A stretch of 64,000 bases of DNA from Eutreptiella sp. 'Long Island Sound 2002' (lineage: Eukaryota; Protista; Euglenida): positions 37,696,001 through 37,760,000 of the forward strand of contig OZ038379.1 of the NCBI GenBank assembly GCA_964036045.1, in the 5' to 3' direction. The position numbers and the translations under genes are program-made. Shown here in pieces: positions 36,057 through 49,169 of the stretch. How positions within the stretch are numbered: position 1 is the first letter of the stretch; each line of letters begins with the position of its first letter. The notes under the pieces are model-generated. The model searched no databases. It was not told the DNA's origin and saw nothing but the letters and a program-made list of their open reading frames with translations.

Positions 36057-36408
36057 CTACAGGTTGCCCTGTTGTTCGGGTACAGTAGAATGACTGCGAT
36101 GCGGTCCATGCACATGGTCCTGGTATTAGCCTACATCGGCACCCCGCACTCACTTGCAGCTGCAATCAAAGTCCTACACCATCTCTCCTATGCCGCATGT
36201 TGGCTCGTAGATGTGCTGGAGTGGCGCATTGCCGGGTGACTCGACCAGCATTATGAGTATTGGGCAGAATTGTCCCATAGTTCATGGCGGCGGCTAGAGC
36301 ACCTTGTGGTGGGGGGAATTTGCAGTGGAACGGCAACTTGTGTAGTTTCAACAGCCTACTGGACCTATGCACTATTGACACCTGCCATTGTCGGCGCATC
36401 TGACAGCG

Positions 36409-36409
<1 letters not shown>

Positions 36410-36469
<60 letters not shown>

Positions 36470-36475
36470 CGCGCG
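36410..36475. repeat. (GT)n(GC)n microsatellite
   Basis: Directly visible. Other microsatellites: 5408-5435 GT, 15285-15330 CACT/CGCT, 41350-41378 CA, 48445-48515 GGT. Confidence 0.95.
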
Positions 36476-36599
36476 CAATGCCCCAATGATGGTGCATTGT
36501 TTTGGTTTTGGTTCCAACCACAAACATGGACTATTTTTGCGGATGCTTTTCTGAACACCCAAATTTACCCCCCCCCCCCCCCCAAATCTCCATGCTGTT

Positions 36600-39500
36600 G
36601 TATGACCGCTGTCATCCGCAACCTTGGTGGGTCTGAAGCAAGGGAAGGCTGGTGTGCAGGGTACCGTCTGACTCTCCCTATTCTCCTACGTGCCGGCCAG
36701 CAGTTAACATTTTCCGTTTCCTGTGGAGGCCTCTGGCCCAGTGCCGCTAGCAAGGGCAACTCTTGACACCGTCGTGGTGGTGGAGGGTCTGGCCATGCCT
36801 CCCTTCATCATCCTTGCGCTTGTACTGCAGAAACGTAGAAAGGCGCTTATTGGCATCGGACATGCATTGTCTTGTTTAACGATCCAACTGATGAGGGTTC
36901 TGACACTCAGAACCTCAGTTGACACTCAGAACCTGAGTTGTGCCTGTTTGTCTTGCAATTGGGTGTGTGTGTGTGTGTGTGCCCGCTGCATATTCCATTC
37001 CCACCTCCCCTTTGCCCAGGTCCAATTCAACACCTTGCCTGTAGCTGTCCCACAGGGGTTAGTGTGGTTTCTTGGCAGCCGCAAAGGTCTTTTAGGATAA
37101 ACGGGTGGGTTCAGGGGCTGGTAGTTTCTGGATCATCATTCGGGGTCCCATTCTCCCAAAGTCTGGTCGTGCAGAAGACCTTCACCTTCTGTGTACAGAG
37201 AGGTGCGATGCCACCCCGATTTTGTGATTTGTGCATCCTTCTCATTTCACTGCTACTGACGAGAGTACCCAGACGCTCAGAATATCTCTTCATCACTGCT
37301 GTATTGCATTGTGCGTGGTGCTTTGTCTTTCTGGGGTCTTTGCTATTCGTGTTTGCCTGTTTGTCGTGATTGCTGTGTGTGTGCGCGCAGGCGTGTGTAT
37401 GCAACTGGCACCTGTCTGTCACGTTTGTATGTGTGCGCTCGTGTTTGTGCGTGCGTGGGCGTGCGCGCGCGCAGAGTTTTTTGCTTCAGCAGCACCTCCA
37501 CAGCTCTCAGACCAGTCTCCATTGCCTCTTTTGCATTTCTCCAACTCTGAACACACTGCCAGGTAGGGAGCAGCCGAATCTTTTGACTCCCCACAACGTT
37601 CTGTGTGTTGTGTTTGCACAGTCGGAGCCGTTCAGACACATCACTATTTTCACCCCGAACTATCCCGATGGGGCTGTGCGGCACTGCCTCGAGGGACTGA
37701 AACAGGTGCTCCAGATGCAGCCCCCGGACATCTTTCAGTGCATGCGATGCCTCAATGGCCTCAAGGTTTTGCCCTTCCCTGTGTTGATGCCACAAGTGGC
37801 CTGGGGATTAGGGGCTGAGGACATGAGCAGAGGTCGGCCTAAGCAGGAGAAGGAGGTGTTTTCCCTGCAATACTTGCGGGACAGGAATCAATGGAAGCAG
37901 TCAGTCTGCGCTGTGCGTGTTGCACGCAGGAAGCGTCCTCAGGCCAATTTCCAGGCAGACGGCTGACCCCCTCATGTCCCGTCTGGGTCTGCCTGGAACC
38001 CCCGCCCCCCTTTTCCAGCCCCCCATTCTTCGTCCTGTTGTGCTGAGTGACACCTCTGTCACATTTGTCTTCACCTTTCTGGACCCCCTTCCCCGCCACA
38101 TTTGCAATGCTCACATTGCATCAGACAGTAGACTTTCACCTGCGCAGAGAGAAACCGACCCCATACATGCACGCCCCACCCTTGTGAGGATTTCTGTTGG
38201 CGTCTCTTCATGCTCCCATTGTCCCTCTCCAACGGTAAAATGCTCTACACAGCCTCAAGTGCACAGGAGAACACAGTCTTGGACTATGGGGGGCAACCTG
38301 TTCAGTCTCCCCCCTCCCGCTTCGGTGCCTGTTGGGTCTACTATTGCAACAGGTTGCCCCCCATGTCAATACACTCAAATGCAACGAAAAAAGAAGCAGC
38401 TTTCCAGATCGCATTGCACTGAGTCAAACGACCTTGTGTCTGGGATTTGGGGGTGAAGCCGTTCCAAAGAGAGGCAATACCCGACGTGCCGAGCCCCTCA
38501 GGCCCGTATCTGCCCTTTCCAAATGCTACCAACCGCTTCTGCAGCAGCTTCCCCTCCTACCAGTGTGCAATGGGTGCTGGACTCTACGCATGGCTGCAGG
38601 TGGAGATTCCGAACAGCGCCGTCACCAAGACAGCGCATGTGGACTTTGCAACGGTACTGTTTGACGCGGGCATTCTGGTCCAGGATGAGTATGTGTGGCA
38701 TAAAGTGATCCATTTGCTGAAGGCCCTCATCAAAAAGGGCAATGGGGACATGGTGAGTTCAATGCTGGTCACAGGGAAAGGTATCCGTCTGACCTGTGCA
38801 ACGCCCCTGGGGGCGCAGGGCGGATGTTGTGCAGCGGTGTGGGTCAAATGCAGTAAGATGGGACGCGGACACAAAAAGGCAAGCGCAATTTTTTTTCCTT
38901 GTCATCTCTGAAACATGATGTCATGTTTGGAGTGAGAAGGTTGAAATGGTTTTGGCGCAGTGTGCACGCAATTTTGATGAGGAATTGGACGTATTTGACC
39001 TGCTTATGTCATGGGGTGCAAAATACTTGCGGCGCAAACATATGCTTTTGGGTCGTCGCTAATCCCTTCCAGCCCAGGTCTGTGCTGATTCCAGCCGGGC
39101 TGCAATCGCAAGGTTCTCAAGCATTCCTGTTTGGCATACCAAAAGCGTTCCACAGGGTTTTGACAGAAAGTGGGAGAGATCACACCAAATTTGAGGCTCA
39201 GAAAAAATTTGTCTGGAAGGGGGAAGGCATCCCATTTAAGACTCCCACAGCTTGCGCGCGGGGGTGGTACCCCTTACGGGGTGGACGTTAAACAGGGGGT
39301 CCTTAAGGGACTGTTGAGGACCGCCCTTAGGGACCGCCCCAAGGGACCCTCAACTGCCAACCACCAACCGCCACCAACCACCATCCGCCAACCACTGCCA
39401 ACCGCCATCAACCACCAATCCCAACCACCAACCGCCGCCAACCACCACCAACCGCCAACAGATGGTGTGCCCGCTGGCTTTTTTGGGAAAACTGTGTACA

Positions 39501-41347
39501 GGAACACTTTTTTTTCTTCCCGTTAAGGACCGCCCTGACGTTAAATGTGCTGACAGGTAATGCCACCCCCACTCCGTACGCAAGTTGGTGCCACCCCTGC
39601 CCCGCCATCCTCTGGGCCACATGAAAAGAGCAGACCTGTGCTGATAGGGATGTGCCTCCTGCTGCAATGGAGTAAAGGCATCTGCCACCAGAAAAGAAGC
39701 CGACCAGACCTCCGCTGTGGTGCTGGCTCCAGGGCGGTAGGCAGTGAGGCGGTGCGCCTGCAGAGCGACCACATGTGGGATTGTGAAGCAGATGCCGGAA
39801 GTCCGTCCGGTGAACGGTCAGAGCAGCACAGAGGCCTTCCTCCGCATACAGACAACGCATGTTCTAATTCTGATGTTTACGCTGGTCATTTCACTTTTCC
39901 GCGCCGGCGGCCGTGCCCGAAGTCCATTCCCCAATCATCCACTGGAAGGACGGTCCCCACTGTAAGTGTCCCCATGCCCACATATGGGGCCTTTTTGCCA
40001 GTGCAAAGTGTCCCCATGCCCATATATGGGGGCCTTTTTGCCAGTGCAAAGTGTCCCCATCCCCATATATGGGGGCCTTTTTGCCAGTGCAAAGTGTCCC
40101 CATCCCCATATATGGGGGCCTTTTTGCCAGTGCAAAGTGTCCCCATGCCCATATATGGGGGCCTTTTTGCCAGTGCAAAGTGTCCCCATGCCCATATTTA
40201 GGGGCCTTTTTGCCAGTGCAAAGTGTCCCCACGCCCATATATGGGGGCCTTTTTGCCAGTGCAAAGTGTCCCCATGCCCATATTTGGGGGCCTTTTTGCC
40301 AGTGCAAAGTGTCCCCATGCCCATATATGGGGGCCTTTTTGCCACTGCAAAGTGTCCCCATGCCCATATATGGGGGCCTTTTTGCTTTTTCTTTGAAAGT
40401 GGGGCTTCAAACATGATGCCCTGAAATCTTTGGCATGGGTTCTGTCCCAAGATGTGGACGCACAAATCTTTTGAAGGGTCTGTCAGCCGTTCCCGCCCCT
40501 TTCTCCAAGGACTTTTGTTGGAGGTCGTGTAGCTCGACATTTTACACCCCTCCTTCTCACCTGTTCCCTTCACGCTTTGCATGACAGGGCGCACCTTCAT
40601 TACACATATGCTGAAGATGTTTTGCATTGCAACAGACACCGATCTTATTGGATCTACATTTGATTTTGTGGTCATGTCCTGGAACCTTCAGAAAGGTGCG
40701 TTCGCTCATCATCGGCCACAGCTTTGTGACCGAATCAGTGCCTGCTTTCAGTTATGGTGGACGCAGCTCAGAGCCGTGCAATGGTTGTGTGTATTCCTGC
40801 TTTGCCATGCCAGTACAATTCCCTGCATGCAAGCACAGGTGCATACACCCGCCAGTGCCGACAGACTGGCCAAGCGGAAGAAGAAGGTGATGCCTTCTAG
40901 ACCACTTGAGGTCTGCTATCAGTCAGAACAGCGGTTTGGAATAAGTGGGGGTTTGCCCTCTTCCGTAGGTTTACGGCCCAGCCTGAGACACGAAGTCTCG
41001 CAAATTTGTGGTGGGCGTGCGGAGGTCCACCCAAACCCCCAGAAACTCAAAAAGCGTCCCAGCCACTTGTCCAGTCACTGCAGTGATCAGTGTGGACCCG
41101 AGCGGCACATGAAAGCTAGAGTGCCACACACTGGTGCCAGAAACACGCAGTGTAGGCCACCGCGTGGAAATTACATCAAGACAAGCCTTTCTGCGGCAAC
41201 AGTCTACAGAAGTCCCACCTGCGGCGCTCATTATTGCCGTCTGCAACCATTTGTCACGTCTGGTCCAACAGCGCAGTGATCATTACATTATGCTGTTTCC
41301 AGTGCGCGAAAAAGCACCCCGACTTGCGCGTCAGAGTCCCTGCTGCA

Positions 41348-41380
<33 letters not shown>

Positions 41381-41660
41381 GTATGTATGTCATCTCCACA
41401 TATTGTGTTGTCGCACTGCAGAGCTTGCTGACACTTATGTTGAGTTCAACGCACTCAGCGCCCTAATTCAAGTGTCCGAGAGGCTGCCAGCCCTCGCTGA
41501 CCCTCTATATCAGCAGTGGGAGGAGAGTGGTGTGGGATGTGTCGAGGTCCATGAATTGGTGGAGGATGTTGCGGTGTGCACGCAGTGGGACTATGACCTG
41601 CGACAGTACCTCTTTGATCTTGCTATCCGGTTCAAACATCGAGTGGAGCACCTTTCAGGT
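36600..41660 (+). CDS. Probable multi-exon host gene of unknown function (exons ~37622-37765, 38588-38752, ~40585-40695, ~41470-41658)
   Basis: AG..GT-bounded open blocks: SEPFRHITIFTPNY..CLNGLK; VEIPNS..DFATVLFDAGILVQDEYVWHKV..GDM|GTGAG; TFITHMLKMFCIATDTDLIGST..LQK|GT; VSERLP..WDYDLRQYLFDLAIRF..|GT. The full exon chain is not resolved. Confidence 0.5.
39962..40385. repeat. 42-bp tandem repeat GTGTCCCCATGCCCATATATGGGGGCCTTTTTGCCAGTGCAAA, ~10 copies (intronic)
   Basis: Highly homogeneous copies. Confidence 0.95.
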
Positions 41661-42092
41661 ACCTGGGCCATGGAGCGGGCAGGCAATGTTTTCCGAGTGC
41701 CTGTGTCAGGTCAGGGAGCATATTCCGAAAGGTGCAACAATATTACCTCCATCTTCAAATGCAAGACCTTGGGTCAAACCCATGGTCAAGCACCAACGGT
41801 TGAATCATGCCACAGCATGCCGCAGCACACTGAATGTGGGTTGGGATTTTTTGGGAAGAAAATTCGGACCAAAATATCAATCCCATCCCTGATACACTGT
41901 TTGTCAGGGATGGCCAGTACTCTAATGGTTAAATAGTACATCTGTAACTGAGAATTTACTGGTTCAGTTCCCGGGATGGGCAATATGCAGCATCCCGGGC
42001 AGGGGCAGGGCACACAAGCCAACCTGTGTTTTTCGTTCTTTTTTTGCTGTGCTGTGCTTTAACAGATCATTGTTCTCTTCACTTTTCTTCTG

Positions 42093-43695
42093 ATGTCTAC
42101 TGTTGAACCCACCGAGGAGGGGACATCACAACCCAAGGGGAACAAGGAGACAACCAGGAGTACTATAGACTGTTTGCAATGGGCAATCTAGGGTGAAAGT
42201 CAAAATGGGAGATTGTATTGTGCTTTATGTGCAGTTTGGCTGTCATCAAAGGGTGCCATTTTGAAGGACCATGTTTTGGGTAAAAACAAGAAGCAATCAC
42301 ATGGTTCCTTTGCCCACCGGCCTAGAACACATGCCCGCAAAGCTGCAATATACCCTGTACCTCCACCTGAACCTGAACAAGGGCAACAACTACAACAACC
42401 TCCAGCCATTGTTGTCAATGTTCCCCAACAGCAAATTTCTGAGGCCTCGTCATCTACAACATCCAGTCCTACAAATAAGCAAAAGTCGAGGTCTAGTGCC
42501 TTAGGTTTGGAGGCAATGCTTGAAAAGGGGTCCAAATGGACATCACCCGGATGTTTTCGGCCACGAATACTTTGGAGAAGTTGGGACACCCGGAGTTGAG
42601 ATTTTTTTTGCCAAGTATTTGGCACAATTTCCTTTGGTCAATCCCAACAATTACCGTGGCACATGGTTGCCAAAGGTGGGTACTGACCGGCGGGCCAAGA
42701 TTGAGCAAATGCTTCGCAAACGGGAACATTTTGTTGTTTTTTTGCGCATGAGTCTCATGATTCACGGCCTACTGAGGAGTACCAGTTGGCGATCAATGTG
42801 TTACTGTTTCCAAAGGTTTTCAAGTCGGAAAGTGTGGGAAAGTTGGCGCTCCACCAGGACCTGAAATTTCTTGATGAGGTCAATGCCGTGACAGTCAGTG
42901 ATGCCATTGGCGCTGTTTGTCGGGATTTTCATGTGGAACAGGCGGATGTCCGTTTGTTTGTCTATCATTCAGCAACGTGCATGGTTGCAGTTGCCGAGCG
43001 CTATGAAATTGCTAAGGGTTATTCTAATTGCGTGCATTTGCCTTGCTGGCCCCACCTGCTTGCCAAGGTGCCAGAAGGCCTGTTTGATAGTGGGTGCCCT
43101 ACTGAGTTGAAGGAATTTCATCGCTTGGTTCACCTTTTGTTTGCTTGATCGCCATATTGGCACACTAAATGGTGCAAATTTCAGACTGCTGCCATGGAAA
43201 ATTGGACAAAGGTCCGGCTGTCAAGTGACGTCAAAGAGCGGCATGAGCAGGAGAAGGGTTGGCGATTTATACAAAAAAAAAACAATCAAAAACCAGGCAA
43301 AAACACAAAAGGCCATTGAGTGTTTCAACCTTCAAGCTTTGCAAACCCTGTCATGGTGTCACATAGTGAAATGAGCAATTACATCCCTAAGATTCCTCGC
43401 GCCGAATAGGAACGATACATTGCATGCCTCCTCCTTTTCCAGTGCCAGACATGATTTATGCAAGAGTTGCCTACTGGGAAGTGAAAGCTGATGATTTTCC
43501 TATTTTGTCATGAATTGCTGGCTTTTTTTTGTCCACCACCCTTGGTATGCATGCCATGTTGAGAGGGCCTTCAGTTTGGTGGGACACATCCTAACACATG
43601 ATCGTCTCAATGTGAGTGCTGAGATTTTGCGGCATTTGGCAATCATGTATGTCAATAAAATGGACAAAAAGCGGAAATGTGAGGAGGAGGAGTAG
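42093..43695 (+). mobile_element. hAT transposase relic
   Basis: BED-like YCALC..KDH..H; RNase-H-like strands FVVFL..; HLPCWPHLL (hAT CxxH); C-terminal HVERAFSLVGHILTHDRL (hAT dimerization domain). Many stops and frameshifts; TIRs not found. Confidence 0.8.
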
Positions 43696-46600
43696 CAACA
43701 TGACCACCCATGAAATGATTCTGTTGTCTTCATCTTTGCAAGGTGTTAGGAAATGCATTCCTTTGTTTTTGGTACGGGGGTTTGCCACTTTTGCAGTTTT
43801 TGGCAAATCTGGGTACCCCCCACCTACGGCTTGAAGCATGGTGCAGCCTGCCGCATCATGCCGCAGCATGTTGCAGCACAGCAAATTTTTCTCGGGGACC
43901 GTTGGTGCTTGCCAACGGTATCCTGACTGTTGCATGCCCACCTACCTCTCCTGTATGAAGGAGCGGCATGCTGAAGTTGAGGAGTTTTGGATGTTGTTGT
44001 TTGGCATTTTTGGAATGCATTGATTTTCGGAACGGAACCGCCGCAATGGACCATTGCCGCAACTTGGACAGGGTAGTACCTGGGTAGTGATGGGGTAGTG
44101 ATGACTTGGTTGTCGTCCACCCGCGGCTGGAGGCCAGGGGGTGGCCCTCACATGCCTGGATCCCTCATGGATATCTTTGCATATGTGGGCCTATTGACCA
44201 GGGATCTCAGGGCTTCCTCTCTGTGCCCCTCATGGGTGTTCCAGAGCAGGGCATGGGGTAGTGATGTGGGCAGTGATGGGTCAGTGATGAGGTCGTGCTG
44301 CGGTAGTGATGGGGTAGTTAGGGGGCAATAATGGGGTAGTGAAGGGGCAGTGCAGGATAGATCCATCCTGAAGGGGCACAACACCCCAGTAGTTGGCCAC
44401 AAAATACAACCGCAGGGATGTTGTGTTGGATGAGAAAGTGCAGGATGGAGCAAGGGCTGAGCGTGCAGAACGATGCAACAGGGCGGGAGCAGGGTGGGCA
44501 GGGAGGGTTACGTTGGGGGCAAGGGCAGGGATTGCAGGAGGGGGCAGCAGGGGTGGTGGCTGCGGCTGGCTTGTCGGTGTGACGGGGTCAGCCACAAGGG
44601 TGAGGGCCATGCAATGGTCATGCACAAGCATCAACAAGGCCAGGGCGATCACAGGATACACTCAAGGCTCATACGGTGCTCAAGCTGCCAATCTGTTCTG
44701 CTTTCTTGCATGCTAATGTACCCTGAGTTTGCCCCATAGTCACCAATGGGTGACTTTCTATCTGCAGGGGAACCTGCCATCCCAGACCAAGCTATCGCTT
44801 TCCTCGCAGAACATCGGGGTACAACAGTGCTCAAGCATATCTGGGACACTTTGCCTCCCAGTAAGGATTCAGTATTGCATGTGTTCTGGAGCATGGTGCA
44901 GGTGTGCATGCACTGGAGAAGGCAACATTCCATCATAATGCCGATGGAGGAGTCATATGCAGGCTGTGGTGATTTCTGTGGTGTGGTGATTTCCTGGATT
45001 TGCTGTTTTGAGATGTGAGGTGATGTGCAACGGCAAGGAAGAACTGAATTCCAAATGTAAACAAATGTAAACACCTGTGTGATGTGACACGAGTGCACTA
45101 AAATTGTGCGATTTGTTGCGGTGGATGGTGGCAATAGTTCACTTTCCGGCGCTTTGGAAAGTGTCTTCTCAGAGTTGTAAGACAGTAGCATTATGCTATG
45201 AGTATTGCATCTCCCTTGGTGTCATTCACCTCAAAAAGCGACCTCATTGTCACTGGTCTGTATTGCCTCATCGTCACTGAAATGCATGCCTTCATACGCT
45301 GACTCTTGATTGGAACTACCACGCTCTGACATTTAAGGCCCCAGTACAACAGGGTCATGTCACCATTTTGATACCTCCCCTATTTTGGGCCCCGGGCAGT
45401 GTAGCAATTGTTCCCCTATTTTGGGCCCCGGGCAGTGTAGCAATTGTTGTCCTCCCCGCTTTAGGAAGAATTCAATGTAGTTTGCAACCATCCTCAGGTT
45501 TTGTTGTCGCGTCTGATTCATTCAACATTTGCATTCCTTGCAATTGGTACTGCAACCTCACTTGATGCAAGGATGGATCAGACATAAGGTTGAAGTGTGT
45601 GTCAAAGTCAGCCGATGATGGAATACAATATTTTGGCGGTACAATATTCTGGGGGAAGGGGGGGTTCCAAGGCAAGGTAGTTCAAAAATTCATCCCGTGG
45701 CAGAAGAGGGAGAGCCTAAGCCAAATACGCACGTTGAACAGCATGAATCCACCAGGACAGAGGATAAGAGTTATACCTGAACTCCATAATAATGTGCGAG
45801 CCATTGTATTGAAAAAGACGTGGATCAGTATGCAGAGATGATGCCAGAGTGAGTAAACCAATACCCATGTGATGCTCAGTGCGTTTAGCATTGCAGAGGC
45901 ATGTGGATAACGAGACACCGGCAATCAAGATGTCAAATGTCACATAAGGCCTTTTTCATGTATGCCTCACTGAACATGAGAACCCTCATGAGATATTTGC
46001 AATAGCAAGATACAAAAATTAGTACCAAATCCTTCAAACCCAATATAATTTCACTCTGTGGATTATGCTCTGCAATTGTTCTCTCACGCAGAACCAAATT
46101 GGATTGTCTACATACCAACAAAGTTTGGTGTGCTGTGGTAACTCCCCATCCCATGCCAAAACACCATTCAGTGTGGCACAACTCACCTCGGTTCTACCAC
46201 ATCCTTTCTGGTATCCACTTTTAGGACCGGATTGTTTTGGAAGGAAACCTGAATGATTGGTTTCAGTGATCGGCAGTGATCTGTTGGAACAATACACAGG
46301 AGCCACCATTCCCAGAATGCTATTTTCATTATTGCGCATCCTGAAAGCGTGATAAACTACACACACACACACGTGCGCGCACACACAAACATGCATGTAC
46401 CTCTTCAATGGCTACGGATAGTATTTGTTCATCTTGACAAGGAGCCGTGTTCGCCGCATATTCTTTGTCGGAGAGTAGATTCCCTTCATTGTCTTTGACA
46501 TGTACCAAAATGGCAGCTCTGAAGCAAGATGATACAAATGACCCTCAACAATCACAACTCTCACTCCCCAATGTGATTTGCATACCCACCACATCGGTAA

Positions 46601-46829
46601 TCGACACTAGGTGATATTGTTTCCGAAGGTTAATTTGACCTCGTTCTTTTGACTTAACCTTCACCAAAACTGCACTGACCTTTCAGTCAAGGTTTCATTT
46701 GGCTTTCACTTAGCTTTCATTTAGCTTTCACTTAGCTTTCACTAGAAGCTAGTTTTGGTCGCTTAGTCCTTTAGGCCTTTTTTTTTACTCGGTTTAATTG
46801 GATATGCAACAAACAACAACTCTTCAACA

Positions 46830-48383
46830 TCATCTCATTACATTATTGGCATCCTTTGGCGCAATGCTCGCCTCACAATATTGTCCACCATCCCCCCCCC
46901 CCCCCCCGGAAGGTGGCCAAGCCATGCAGCGGCGTTTGTACCCCCATTGCTTGGTCACGGCCCTACTCCCAAGTTCCCAACCCTCCTTGCGGAGGTGGTC
47001 ACCCAATGTGTGGTTGTCCACCGCACACTGGAGGCCCGACTTCTGGTTCAAGAGATTAACCCCCCCACTATTCCTAAGGAGCCTCTTCAATTGTACATGG
47101 CTCCCTTCCAAGGCAAAGCAATTGAACCTTGCCAAGGTTCCCATCGATGAAGGTATGCAAACATGTGGTCAATCCACATGTGCGTCCACAATGTCTTGCT
47201 CCACCCCAGAGCAAGATGCTTTGCCCCCATTGTTCGTCACTTTTGCAGCAAGTCACGTTGTTCATGCCCGCCAACAAATTCCTATTTCCATGCAATGTTA
47301 GCCATGGCATTGAATGGGGCCTTTCGAGCCCCATTCACATAGTCTTGTACAAGCAATGCTTCCCAAGGCCGGCGGCCTTGACAAATCCGCATGTTCACGT
47401 AAAACATTCACTTCTCATTCATTTAAGCATTCTCATTCAAGGTGCAATGTGGAACCCGCAGCATGCTGTGTGCACTATACTTAGGGATGCACCGCTCCGC
47501 TAGTCCCGGCACACACCCATGAGGCGGGGTTGCCCTTCAATCCTTGCCATGGCCACTTGTGCTCCACCAAACCGTCGTAACATGGTCTCCATGTTCTTGC
47601 CACAGCATTGGCACACCATGGAGTTGGGACTCTTCTTGCAGAAGCCGTCCCCAACGGCCAAGATCAGGTGGACCTTGCCATCGTCCCAGACGAAGAATAA
47701 CGGCTTGCATTCCACCCCATCGGTGCATCAATGTGAGGCAAACGCAAAGCCTGAACCGCCCGTACTTGGGCATCACAGTCGCACTCTGATTGCATTGAGC
47801 ACACGGTGGTTGATTGCTCACTCCCCTTGAAGAGCCACCAACTTGCTTGGTCGATATATTCACACCAAGGGCCAGCCATTGCGCAGTGGACATACCCCCT
47901 CTTCCAGCGATTGTTGCCATCCACGCCCATGGCCACCCACGTGTACCGCGAGCCTCTTGGTTGCATTGCGTCGGGGGCAGGCACAACCGTGCTTGGCACA
48001 TGAAATCCAAGCACCCGGGCAAGGCACAATACACACCCCGCATCTCGTTGAACCCCTTCAGAATGCTCAAGGTTTCTAGCACGGCTGCTTAGTCTATTTA
48101 GCGAAAGTGCAACATCTGCCTAGTTGAGGGAGGAATCAAGGTTAGGCAACAAGTACATCATGCCCCGCCTTCATATATGCATCCTCTGCATGCACCAAAG
48201 CACACGGAGTGCCATCGTTTTGTGGTTGGAGATGATATCTTCCCGTCCCCCTTGGTGGTCCTCCAAAAGTCGAAGGATGCTCCCATCGGCTTGCAACCCC
48301 GCCCTACACGGTTCCCATAGTTTGGCAGCCACAGCTGCCTCAAGATCGTCTAGGCGTCGTTTGATATGGCGGCTAGATGGCAC
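46830..48383 (-). pseudogene. DDE transposase relic, copy 4 (closest to Transib/RAG1 motifs)
   Basis: WVAMGVDG (D1, ~47920), LFKGSEQ, FVWDDGKV..VCQCCGK (D2 plus Cys pair, ~47680), SAHSMLRV, KTLWTHMWIDHMFAYLHRW/GTLARFNCFALEGSHVQLKR (His pair plus E, ~47105). Confidence 0.75.
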
Positions 48384-49169
48384 CTAGGAAAATGCCCAGC
48401 GTGCGGCATTTTGTGGTGTCCATGTCTAGTAGTGCACACATCATGTGGTAGTGGTAGTGGTAGTGGTGGTGGTGGTGGTGGTGGTGGTGGTGGTGGTGGT
48501 GGTGTGTGTGTGTGTGTCAATGCAGCTCTTTGTTTTTGGAGGTGCAAGCTGGGCTATGTACCCCCTACCCTGCGTGCGAACCTACTCCAAATTTGGGCTT
48601 GCGGCGCTTTCCTTTTAGGGATGGCATGGTTGGCACCCTCACTGCAAGCACATTGAACCCTTTCGCGCGTTCACCGAACACTCGGTGACCGCGCAAATTG
48701 GTTCACTGAACATTGGATCAACTTGCAGTCACCAATTTGTCACCATGGGCAACCCCCCCCCCCTCCCCGGTGGAGCATGCAACATGCACAAGTCACATGC
48801 TCACACTCCTTCCAAACGATTCCACGGGGGTCTGCAGGCCCACTAGCGAAGTCCATAGGGGTCTACAGCCCCGCATACAACGACCACAAGCGGGCCTCCC
48901 CTTTTTTCAAATTTCGAAACATGTTTTCCACGGCTCCATGAGTGCTTACATGATCACGGGAGGGGGGGGGGGGTTCTTCAATATTGAAGTGTGCTATTCG
49001 CAAATTCCACGGGGGGGGGCTCCGCTTTTTGCATTTTCGAAATGTATTGTGGGGTCTCCAACGCCCAGACCTATGAACAGGATCACTTGGGAGGGGGTGG
49101 GGGGGCACACTTTTTCTAAATGCCAAAACGTGCCACTGCCAATTTTTACAAGGGGGGCCTCCCATTTTT

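Noticed and set aside
36885-36921. CTGATGA followed by a hairpin, as a hammerhead candidate
   Set aside because: No GAAA core after the stem; it is a simple inverted repeat with a local duplication.
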